This document shows positions 4,645 to 11,507 of a DNA stretch of 11,507 bases, one piece after another. Origin of the DNA: a virus (taxonomy: Duplodnaviria > Heunggongvirae > Uroviricota > Caudoviricetes); the IMG/VR virus record IMGVR_UViG_2740892442_000015; one strand, written 5' to 3'. How positions within the stretch are numbered: the first letter of the stretch is position 1; every line of letters begins with the position of its first letter. The notes under the pieces were generated by a model. That model made no database searches. It was given only the letters and a program-made list of their open reading frames with translations, and was not told the DNA's origin. The position numbers and the translations under genes are program-made.

Positions 4645-7011
4645 ATGCAATGGATCTCGTACACCCGCAATATTGAACAGCTCGGTGATGCGCTGAACTA
4701 TCTGGATGATAACGCCATGTCGAAAGGGGCAGACATCATTGATGTGATGCAACGTCTGGGCGGTGTGGCTGACCGTCTGGATTATCGTAAAGCGGCGGCG
4801 CTGGGTTCCACCTTCCTGACACTGGGCGCTGCGCCAGAGGTTGCAGCCAGTGCAGCAAACGCGATGGTGCGTGAATTGTCCATTGCCACCATGCAAAGCA
4901 AGAGTTTCTTTGAAGGGATGAATCTGCTGAAACTCAATCCTGAAGTGATTGAAAAGCAGATGACGAAGGATGCGATGGGAACTATCCAGCGTGTGCTGGA
5001 GAAGGTGAACGCACTGCCGCAGGACAAGCGTCTGTCTGCCATGACCATGTTGTTTGGTAAAGAGTTTGGCGATGACGCGGCGAAACTGGCAAACAACCTG
5101 CCGGAACTACAGCGCCAGCTAAAACTGACAGCGGGCAATGATGCGCTCGGTTCCATGCAGAAAGAATCCGACATCAACAAGGACTCACTTTCTGCTCAGT
5201 GGTTGCTGGTTAAAACCGGAGCGCAGAATACCTTCAGCAGCCTGGGCGAAACGCTGCGCCAGCCGCTGATGGATATTCTGTACACGGTGAAAAGCGTTAC
5301 GGGAGCGTTGCGTCGCTGGGTGGAAGCTAACCCGGAACTGACGGGCACACTGATGAAAGTAGCCGCTATTGTGGCTGCGGTTACCGTAGGCCTCGGCACC
5401 TTGGCTGTGGCGCTGGCTGCAGTGCTGGGGCCGCTGGCAGTCATCCGTCTGGGATTCTCTGTGCTGGGCATCAGAACGTTACCTTCCGTTACGGCAGCAG
5501 TAACACGAACCAGCAGCGCGTTGTCCTGGCTGGCTGGCGCACCACTGGCACTGCTGCGACACGGGCTTGCTTCATCGGGTAACGCAGCGGGTTTACTTAC
5601 TGCGCCGTTGTCGTCTTTGCGCCGTACGGCATCACTGACGGGAAATGTCCTGAAAACTGTTGCAGGTGCGCCGGTTGCACTTTTGCGGTCTGGATTATCC
5701 GGTTTACGTGCGGTTGCTGTGATGTTTATGAATCCTCTGGCGGTACTGCGCGGTGGACTGACCGCTGCAGGTACGGTGCTGCGAGTACTGGCATCTGGTC
5801 CACTGGCGATGCTGCGCGTTGCCCTGTATGCCATATCTGGTCTGTTAGGTGCTCTGCTCAGTCCGATAGGTCTAGTGGTTACTGCACTGGCAGGCGTGGC
5901 GCTGGTTGTCTGGAAATACTGGCAACCCATCACCGCATTTCTCGGTGGCGTGGTGGAGGGATTCAAAGCGGCGGCAGGTCCCGTCAGTGCCGCATTCGAA
6001 CCACTTAAGCCTGTGTTCCAGTGGATTGGCGACAAAGTGCAGGCGCTGTGGGGCTGGTTTACTGACCTGCTGACGCCCGTTAAGTCGACCTCTGCCGAAC
6101 TGCAGAGTGCAGCGGCAATGGGGCGACGATTCGGGGAGGCCCTGGCGGAAGGGCTGAATATGGTCATGCATCCGCTGGACTCCCTGAAATCCGGCGTTTC
6201 CTGGTTGCTGGAGAAACTCGGCATTGTCAGTAAAGAGGCCGCAAAGGCAAAACTACCGGAAAGCGTGACGCGTCAGCAACCTGCGACGGTGAATGCAGAC
6301 GGCAAAGTGATGATGCCATCGGGTGGTTTTCCATCATGGGGATATGGCTTTGCGGGGATGTATGACAGCGGCGGGTATATCCCGCGCGGGCAGTTTGGCA
6401 TCGTCGGTGAAAACGGGCCGGAAATTGTTAACGGCCCGGCAAATGTGACCAGCCGGAGAAATACAGCTGCACTGGCTGCCGTTGTTGCCGGAATGATGGG
6501 CGTTGCTGCCGCGCCAGCAGAGCTTCCACCGTTGCACCCTTTGGCACTTCCCGCGAAAGGTGGAGAAGCAATTGTGAGTCGCGCAGCCACTGTGCCGCTC
6601 GTTCAACGGATTGAGGCACCGACGCAGATCATCATTCAGACGCAGCCAGGACAAAGTGCGCAGGATATTGCGCGGGAGGTGGCACGCCAGCTTGATGAAC
6701 GTGAACGCAGGCTGAAGCAAAAGCCAGGAGTAACTACAGCGATCAGGGGGGATACGACGCATGATGATGGTGCTGGGATTGTACGTGTTTATGCTGCGCA
6801 CCGTTCCGTATCAGGAACTGCAGTATCAACGCAGCTGGCGACATGCGGCAAACAGTCGGGTAAACCGACGTCCGTCCACGCAGTTTCTGGGACCGGAAAA
6901 CGACATGCTGACGCTTTCCGGTGTTCTTATGCCGGAGATAACAGGCGGCAGGCTGTCGTTGCTGGCACTGGAGCAGATGGCAGAACAGGGGAAAGCATGG
7001 CCCCTGATTGA
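4645..7011 (+). CDS. T: Phage tail tape measure protein (P2 gpT-like); probably disrupted at both ends, since the 3' 250 nt of this ORF overlap gpU
   Basis: The N-terminal region (GADIIDVMQRLGGVADRLDYRKAAALGSTFLTLGAAPEVAASAANAMVRELS) matches my memory of the tape measure core motif. A central hydrophobic region carries repeated xPLAxLRxGL motifs. It sits immediately upstream of gpU and gpD. The ATG at 4645 has no Shine-Dalgarno within normal spacing. Translation past about 6760 looks like out-of-frame junk and overlaps the recognisable gpU frame. Confidence 0.85.
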   Translation: MQWISYTRNIEQLGDALNYLDDNAMSKGADIIDVMQRLGGVADRLDYRKAAALGSTFLTLGAAPEVAASAANAMVRELSIATMQSKSFFEGMNLLKLNPEVIEKQMTKDAMGTIQRVLEKVNALPQDKRLSAMTMLFGKEFGDDAAKLANNLPELQRQLKLTAGNDALGSMQKESDINKDSLSAQWLLVKTGAQNTFSSLGETLRQPLMDILYTVKSVTGALRRWVEANPELTGTLMKVAAIVAAVTVGLGTLAVALAAVLGPLAVIRLGFSVLGIRTLPSVTAAVTRTSSALSWLAGAPLALLRHGLASSGNAAGLLTAPLSSLRRTASLTGNVLKTVAGAPVALLRSGLSGLRAVAVMFMNPLAVLRGGLTAAGTVLRVLASGPLAMLRVALYAISGLLGALLSPIGLVVTALAGVALVVWKYWQPITAFLGGVVEGFKAAAGPVSAAFEPLKPVFQWIGDKVQALWGWFTDLLTPVKSTSAELQSAAAMGRRFGEALAEGLNMVMHPLDSLKSGVSWLLEKLGIVSKEAAKAKLPESVTRQQPATVNADGKVMMPSGGFPSWGYGFAGMYDSGGYIPRGQFGIVGENGPEIVNGPANVTSRRNTAALAAVVAGMMGVAAAPAELPPLHPLALPAKGGEAIVSRAATVPLVQRIEAPTQIIIQTQPGQSAQDIAREVARQLDERERRLKQKPGVTTAIRGDTTHDDGAGIVRVYAAHRSVSGTAVSTQLATCGKQSGKPTSVHAVSGTGKRHADAFRCSYAGDNRRQAVVAGTGADGRTGESMAPD
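5520..5880 (+). repeat. Degenerate in-frame tandem repeats inside the tape measure gene
   Basis: Peptide motifs APLALLRHGL, APLSSLRRT, APVALLRSGL, NPLAVLRGGL and GPLAMLRVAL recur at intervals of about 20-25 residues. The corresponding DNA segments (ccactggcactgctgcg, ccgttgtcgtctttgcg, ccggttgcacttttgcg, cctctggcggtactgcg, ccactggcgatgctgcg) repeat at a period of about 65 nt. Confidence 0.5.
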
Positions 7012-7246
7012 AGGCAGCGGCACGATTTACGGCATGTATGTGATTGAGGGACTGAATCAGACTAAAACGGAGTTTTTCCGCGACGGTATGCCGCGCCGGA
7101 TTGAGTTCACCCTGTCGCTCAAACGGGTGGATGAATCCCTGTCCGATATGTTCGGTGATCTCAGTGCGCAACTGAATAATCTGCAGGACACGGCAACGTC
7201 TGCCTTAAGTGATATCAGTAAAACGGTGGGAGGGCTGCTGTCGTGA
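6761..7246 (+). CDS. U: Phage tail protein U (P2 gpU-like), 161 aa
   Basis: ORF from the track starting MMMVLGLYVFMLRTVPYQELQYQRSWRH..., which I recognise as P2 gpU-like. Its length is close to P2 gpU, and its stop overlaps the gpD start (GTGA at 7243-7246). Confidence 0.9.
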   Translation: MMMVLGLYVFMLRTVPYQELQYQRSWRHAANSRVNRRPSTQFLGPENDMLTLSGVLMPEITGGRLSLLALEQMAEQGKAWPLIEGSGTIYGMYVIEGLNQTKTEFFRDGMPRRIEFTLSLKRVDESLSDMFGDLSAQLNNLQDTATSALSDISKTVGGLLS

Positions 7247-8343
7247 ATTTCAGCTCAGAACTGCTTAACAAAGGCAACAAAACTCCCGCATTCAGCATCA
7301 GTATTGAGGGCAGGGATATCACCACTGTGCTGGATAACCGCCTGATGAGTTTGACGCTGACGGATAACCGGGGCTTTGAAGCGGACCAGCTTGATCTGGA
7401 GCTGGATGACGCTGACGGAAAAATCGTGCTGCCGCGCCGTGGTGCGGTCATTACGCTGGCGCTGGGCTGGAAGGGGCAGCCGCTTTTCCCGAAAGGGGCA
7501 TTCACAGTGGACGAGATTGAACACACTGGCGCACCGGACCGCCTGACTATCCGGGCGCGAAGTGCTGATTTTCGGGAAACGCTGAATACCCGCCGTGAAA
7601 AATCGTGGCATAAGACCACCGTCGGGGAAGTGGTGAAGGAAATAGCCGCGCGGCACAAGCTGAAGATGGCACTGGGTAAAGACCTGTCGGATAAGCCCGT
7701 GGAGCATATAGACCAGACTAATGAGAGTGACGGCAGTTTTCTGATGCGGCTGGCGCGACAGTACGGTGCCATCGCGTCGGTGAAAAATGGCAATCTGTTA
7801 TTCATCAGGCAGGGGCAGGGCAAAAGCGCCACTGGTAAACCTCTGCCAGTGATCACTATCACACGCAAGGACGGCGACAGTCACCGATTTACCCTGGCAG
7901 ATCGCGGAGCCTACACGGGCGTAATTGCCAGCTGGTTGCATACCCGCGAACCTGCGAAGAAAGAAAGCACCACGGTGAAGCGTAAGCGCAGAACTAAGAA
8001 GCAGAAGAAAGAGCCGGAAGCGAAGCAGGGCGATTACCTGGTGGGTACGGATGAAAACGTGCTGGTACTTAATCGCACTTATGCCAACCGGAGCAACGCC
8101 GAACGAGCGGCGAAAATGCAGTGGGAACGCCTGCAACGCGGCGTTGCGTCATTCTCGCTACAACTGGCGGAAGGGCGGGCAGATCTCTACACGGAAATGC
8201 CAGTGAAAGTCAGTGGCTTTAAACAGCCGATAGATGATGCGGAATGGACTATTACCACCCTGACGCATACTGTCAGCCCGGATAACGGTTTTACGACCAG
8301 TCTGGAGCTTGAAGTGAAGATTGATGATTTCGAAATGGAATGA
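7243..8343 (+). CDS. D: Phage tail protein D (P2 gpD-like, late control D family), 366 aa
   Basis: ORF from the track with a GTG start overlapping the gpU stop. It holds the gpD position between U and ogr, as in P2, and the sequence matches my memory of the family. Confidence 0.9.
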   Translation: MNFSSELLNKGNKTPAFSISIEGRDITTVLDNRLMSLTLTDNRGFEADQLDLELDDADGKIVLPRRGAVITLALGWKGQPLFPKGAFTVDEIEHTGAPDRLTIRARSADFRETLNTRREKSWHKTTVGEVVKEIAARHKLKMALGKDLSDKPVEHIDQTNESDGSFLMRLARQYGAIASVKNGNLLFIRQGQGKSATGKPLPVITITRKDGDSHRFTLADRGAYTGVIASWLHTREPAKKESTTVKRKRRTKKQKKEPEAKQGDYLVGTDENVLVLNRTYANRSNAERAAKMQWERLQRGVASFSLQLAEGRADLYTEMPVKVSGFKQPIDDAEWTITTLTHTVSPDNGFTTSLELEVKIDDFEME

Positions 8344-8433
8344 TTCTTCGCAATGGAGAACTTTTAAGTTTTCAAAATGGAATAATGCGGTATCATTATT
8401 GTGAATTTAGCAAAAATGGGGAGAACTCGAAAA

Positions 8434-8652
8434 ATGATGATTTGCCCACTGTGTGGAAGTGCCGCCCATACTCGCAGCAGTTTTCAGGTATCTTCATTGA
8501 CCAAAGAGCGTTACAACCAGTGCCAGAACATTAACTGCAGCCATACTTTTGTTACTCATGAAACTTTTGTTCGTTCGATTGCAACGCCAAAAGAGTCAAA
8601 TCCGGTTCAGCCGCATCCAATGAAATCAGGACAGGTGGCGCTCTCTCTTTGA
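8434..8652 (+). CDS. ogr: Ogr-type zinc-finger late transcription activator (P2 Ogr / 186 B family), 72 aa
   Basis: MMICPLCGSAAHTRSS...NQCQNINCSHTF carries the C-x2-C...C-x4-C zinc-finger pattern and resembles P2 Ogr in length and sequence. It is the last phage gene before host DNA, as in integrated P2. The track ORF starts upstream at 8401 from an alternative start codon. Confidence 0.85.
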   Translation: MMICPLCGSAAHTRSSFQVSSLTKERYNQCQNINCSHTFVTHETFVRSIATPKESNPVQPHPMKSGQVALSL

Positions 8653-8732
8653 CGCTGCCGCCATTTTGTCGCCATCGTTAAAAAACAGTGCTTCTAACAT
8701 CATGATTTTAAAGAGCATAAATTTCAGGCAAC

Positions 8733-8775
8733 AAAAAACCCATCAACCTTGAACCGAAATGGCGGGGTTGATGGG
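8733..8775 (-). terminator. Rho-independent terminator candidate for minus-strand transcription, probably the ybjL terminator
   Basis: Perfect 10-bp inverted repeat CCCATCAACC (8739-8748) and GGTTGATGGG (8766-8775). On the minus strand the stem is followed directly by TTTTTT (complement of the A run at 8733-8738). The loop is long (17 nt), but its outer bases can partly pair. Confidence 0.5.
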
Positions 8776-8887
8776 CTCCACAAAATGGGGACATCAAAGA
8801 AAAGCAGTGGCACTAATTAAGACTGATGCCCTGCGGAAAAGTTCTGCGGTTGTGCAAAAAAATTTCATTTTCAGGGCAACTTCAGTT

Positions 8888-10573
8888 TTATCCTAATCCT
8901 GGCCATACCATGACGATGATTGTCCCTGCCAGCGTCAGCAGGACGTTGGCGATTGCATAGGTGCCCGCATAGCCCAGCGCCGGGATGTTACTGCGAGCTG
9001 TATCACTGATGATCTCCATTGCCGGCGCGCAGGTACGTGCGCCCATCATTGCGCCGAACAACAGCGCGCGGTTCATTCGCAATACATAAGCACCGAACAA
9101 GAAACAGATAACCACGGGCACCAGACTGACAATCAATCCGGCAATCAACATCTGACCGCCAATCGCGCCCAGGCCGTTATTAATACCGCTACCGGCGCTC
9201 AGACCAACGCCTGCCATAAACACCATCAAGCCGAACTCTTTCACCATGCTTAATGCACCCTGCGGAATGTAACCGAAGGTCGGGTGGTTAGCACGCATAA
9301 AGCCCAGCATAATTCCGGCGAATAACAACCCGGCAGCGTTCCCCATGCCGAAACTGAATGTGCTGAACTGGAAGGTGATCATCCCGATCATCAGCCCAAT
9401 AACAAAGAAGGCGCAGAATGCCAGCAGGTCAGTGACCTGGCTGTGAATCGAGATAAAGCCGATGCGATCGGCGATGGTTTTTACGCGGCGGGCATCGCCG
9501 CTGACTTGTAAAACGTCACCTTTGTTAAGCACGACGTTGTCATCTATCGGCATCTCAATCTGGCTACGAATGACGCGGTTAAGGAAGCAACCGTGATCGG
9601 TCAACTTCAGTTGTGCGAGACGTTTACCTACAGCGTTATGGTTTTTAACGACCACTTCTTCAGTGACGATACGCATGTCGAGAAGGTCACGATCGAAAAC
9701 TTCTTTACCGTTACGGAAGCTGGGATCGAGTCGGGCATGGGCGTCGGGATAGCCTACCAACGCTATTTCATCGCCCATTTGTAGCACGGCATCACCGTCT
9801 GGATTTGCCAGAATCCCGTTACGTCGAATACGTTCAATGTAGCAGCCGGTTTGTCGATAAATACCCAGTTCACGCAGATTTTTGCCGTCGGTCCAGGCCA
9901 CCAGTTCCGGGCCGACGCGATAGGCGCGGATCACCGGTAAATAAACCTTACGGTTGGCATCAGTGTCCAGGCCACGTTCGCGGGCGATTTGCTGGGCGCT
10001 GGTCTGTAAGTCCTGATGCTGCAATTTCGGCAAGTAACGCGCACCAACAATCAAACTCACCAGACCGATTAAATAGGTTAAGGCATACCCGAGGCTCAGA
10101 TTATCCAGTGCCAGTGAGAGCTGCCTGCTTTCCATGCCGGAATGACGCAGTGTATCGCCAGCACCGACCAGAACCGGTGTCGACGTCATAGAGCCTGCTA
10201 ACATACCGGCCGTCAGGCCAATATCCCAGCCAAACAGCTTACCTAACCCTAAGGCGATCACCAGCGCACTGCCAACCATCACCAGTGCTAACATTAGGTA
10301 ATTTTTCCCATCGCGAAAAAAAATGGAAAAAAAGTTCGGTCCGGCTTCGACCCCGACGCAGAAAATAAACAGCATAAAGCCAAGATTAAGCGCATCGGTG
10401 TTAATGCTGAAATGTTGTTGGCCTAATAACAGCGATACGACTAAAACGCCAATGGAATTACCCAGTTGGATCGAACCAAGTCGTAACTTTCCGAGACATA
10501 GCCCAAGCGCGAGGACCACAAATAATAACAGAATGTAATTCCCATTTAACAATTCGGCGACGTTTATATTCAC
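8888..10573 (-). CDS. ybjL: Putative transport protein YbjL (AAE-family membrane transporter with internal RCK/TrkA-C-like domains), 561 aa
   Basis: ORF from the track. The length and sequence ([25 protein letters not shown]...) match my memory of E. coli YbjL. Hydrophobic N- and C-terminal blocks flank a soluble central region. It is adjacent to ybjM and grxA, as in the E. coli chromosome. Confidence 0.93.
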
Positions 10574-10842
10574 GGAGGCTAACTTCTTGTTTACTAGTAA
10601 GCTGTTGAAAGAAATGGTAATTTACGATAATGTTTTTTACCAGAATTCAGGGCGCAGATTCATTCAGCGCACCTAAACGATAGTAAAGTAACAATATATT
10701 TTACTAGTGTAATCACATTAGGTATCAACGGCTATATGAATTGCGTTGGCCTATATTAGCATGGAATGCGAAGCGGCTTTATCTTACTGAACGCCACACT
10801 GGCGAAAAATGTGTTCGATAGACGCAGTGTCAGGAGGAACGA
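10574..10842. promoter_or_regulatory. Divergent ybjL / ybjM promoter region
   Basis: 269-nt AT-rich gap between divergent start codons. The motif TACTAGT occurs twice (10595-10601 and 10702-10708). AGGAGG lies about 8 nt upstream of the ybjM GTG start. Confidence 0.4.
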
Positions 10843-11220
10843 GTGAAACATAAACAACGTTGGGCGGGGGCAATCTGCTGTTTTGTCCTCTTCATTGTGG
10901 TGTGCCTTTTTCTGGCGACGCACATGAAAGGCGCTTTTCGGGCTGCCGGGCATCCTGAAATCGGCTTGCTATTTTTCATTCTTCCTGGAGCAGTCGCCAG
11001 CTTCTTTTCACAGCGTAGAGAAGTCCTGAAACCTCTGTTTGGCGCAATGCTGGCGGCACCCTGTTCGATGCTCATTATGCGGCTGTTTTTTTCACCGACG
11101 CGCTCATTCTGGCAAGAGCTGGCATGGTTACTAAGCGCGGTGTTCTGGTGTGCGCTGGGGGCACTGTGTTTCTTATTTATCAGTAGTTTGTTTAAACCAC
11201 AGCACAGAAAAAATCAGTAA
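10843..11220 (+). CDS. ybjM: Inner membrane protein YbjM, 125 aa
   Basis: ORF from the track with a GTG start and a strong upstream AGGAGG. The protein is hydrophobic. Its position between ybjL and grxA matches the E. coli gene order. Confidence 0.85.
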   Translation: MKHKQRWAGAICCFVLFIVVCLFLATHMKGAFRAAGHPEIGLLFFILPGAVASFFSQRREVLKPLFGAMLAAPCSMLIMRLFFSPTRSFWQELAWLLSAVFWCALGALCFLFISSLFKPQHRKNQ

Positions 11221-11240
11221 AGCCCTCAACGCGAGGGCTT
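11220..11240 (-). terminator. GC-rich hairpin between convergent ybjM and grxA; likely the grxA terminator
   Basis: AAGCCCTC aacgc GAGGGCTT forms an 8-bp stem with a 5-nt loop. On the minus strand it is followed within about 7 nt by TTTTTT. On the plus strand no U-run follows, so it is a poorer terminator for ybjM. Confidence 0.4.
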
Positions 11241-11249
11241 GTCAGACGA

Positions 11250-11507
11250 TCAGGCGTCCAGATTTTCTTTCACCCATGCAGCAAAATCGGTATAGCCGCC
11301 GATATGTTGCTGATCGACAAAAATCTGCGGCACGGTTTCTACGGGTTTACCTGCCTTTTGTTGTAGATCTTCTTTAGTGATCCCTTCCGCACGAATATCT
11401 ACATACTGATACTGAAAATCATCGCGTTCATTGCTCAATTTCTCAGCCAGATCTTTTGCACGCACACAGTAAGGGCAACCCGAACGACCAAAAATAACGG
11501 TTTGCAT
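11250..11507 (-). CDS. grxA: Glutaredoxin 1 (complete; start codon is at the last bases of the window)
   Basis: 85-aa ORF MQTVIFGRSGCPYCVRAKDLAEKL... with the CPYC active site. It matches my memory of E. coli GrxA in length and sequence. Confidence 0.95.
   Translation of the reverse strand: MQTVIFGRSGCPYCVRAKDLAEKLSNERDDFQYQYVDIRAEGITKEDLQQKAGKPVETVPQIFVDQQHIGGYTDFAAWVKENLDA

Noticed and set aside
4561-7171. Multiple minus-strand ORFs from the track (4561..4896, 4782..5180, 5196..6224, 5872..6171, 6273..6590, 6334..6801, 6428..6619, 6743..7171, 6826..7023)
   Set aside because: All are antisense to the tape measure and gpU genes in GC-rich DNA, where long chance ORFs are common, and their composition is Arg/Ser/Ala/Pro-rich and junk-like.
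7215-8136. Minus-strand ORFs 7215..7868, 7255..7707 and 7798..8136
   Set aside because: They are antisense to the clearly recognisable gpD gene.
8340-8534. 64-aa plus-strand ORF and the N-terminal extension of ogr from 8401
   Set aside because: The ORF overlaps ogr in another frame. The extension starts from an alternative start codon, whereas 72 aa from ATG 8434 matches Ogr.
8653-8887. tRNA gene as the integration target at the prophage end
   Set aside because: No cloverleaf-compatible sequence or GTTC-type T-arm motif was seen. The only strong structure is the terminator-like hairpin.
9593-10538. Plus-strand ORFs 9593..9784, 9805..10191 and 10323..10538
   Set aside because: They are antisense to ybjL, a well-supported host gene.
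10756-11377. ORFs 10756..10953 (-), 10830..11075 (-) and 11150..11377 (+)
   Set aside because: They overlap ybjM or grxA on the opposite strand or in another frame, and have no independent support.
1-11507. CRISPR array, IS element or integron
   Set aside because: No regularly spaced direct repeats, terminal inverted repeats with a transposase, or attC-like sites were seen anywhere in the window.

Overview
The window covers the right-hand part of a degraded, mosaic P2/186-family prophage and the adjacent E. coli chromosome (ybjL, ybjM, grxA). All calls are from reading the sequence and from memory of protein families; no database search was run. From left to right: (i) an AT-rich minus-strand operon of three genes: a CI-type repressor with two tandem HTH domains (1509..2387), a 342-aa protein of unknown function (465..1493), and a multi-pass membrane protein ORF that starts at 468 and runs off the window edge and is missing from the supplied ORF track; (ii) a divergent 186-like early region (Apl/Cox-like HTH gene, CII-like gene, small ORFs); (iii) P2-type tail genes on the plus strand: a tape measure gene that looks disrupted at both ends, then apparently intact gpU, gpD and Ogr; (iv) the prophage/host junction, then ybjL (minus), ybjM (plus) and grxA (minus, ending exactly at the window end). 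The main candidate for a new system is the repressor-linked module at 1..2387, which resembles lambda cI-rexA-rexB in architecture only (repressor, then soluble protein, then membrane protein), and may be a prophage-encoded exclusion or abortive-infection system. No CRISPR array, tRNA, rRNA or IS element was seen.
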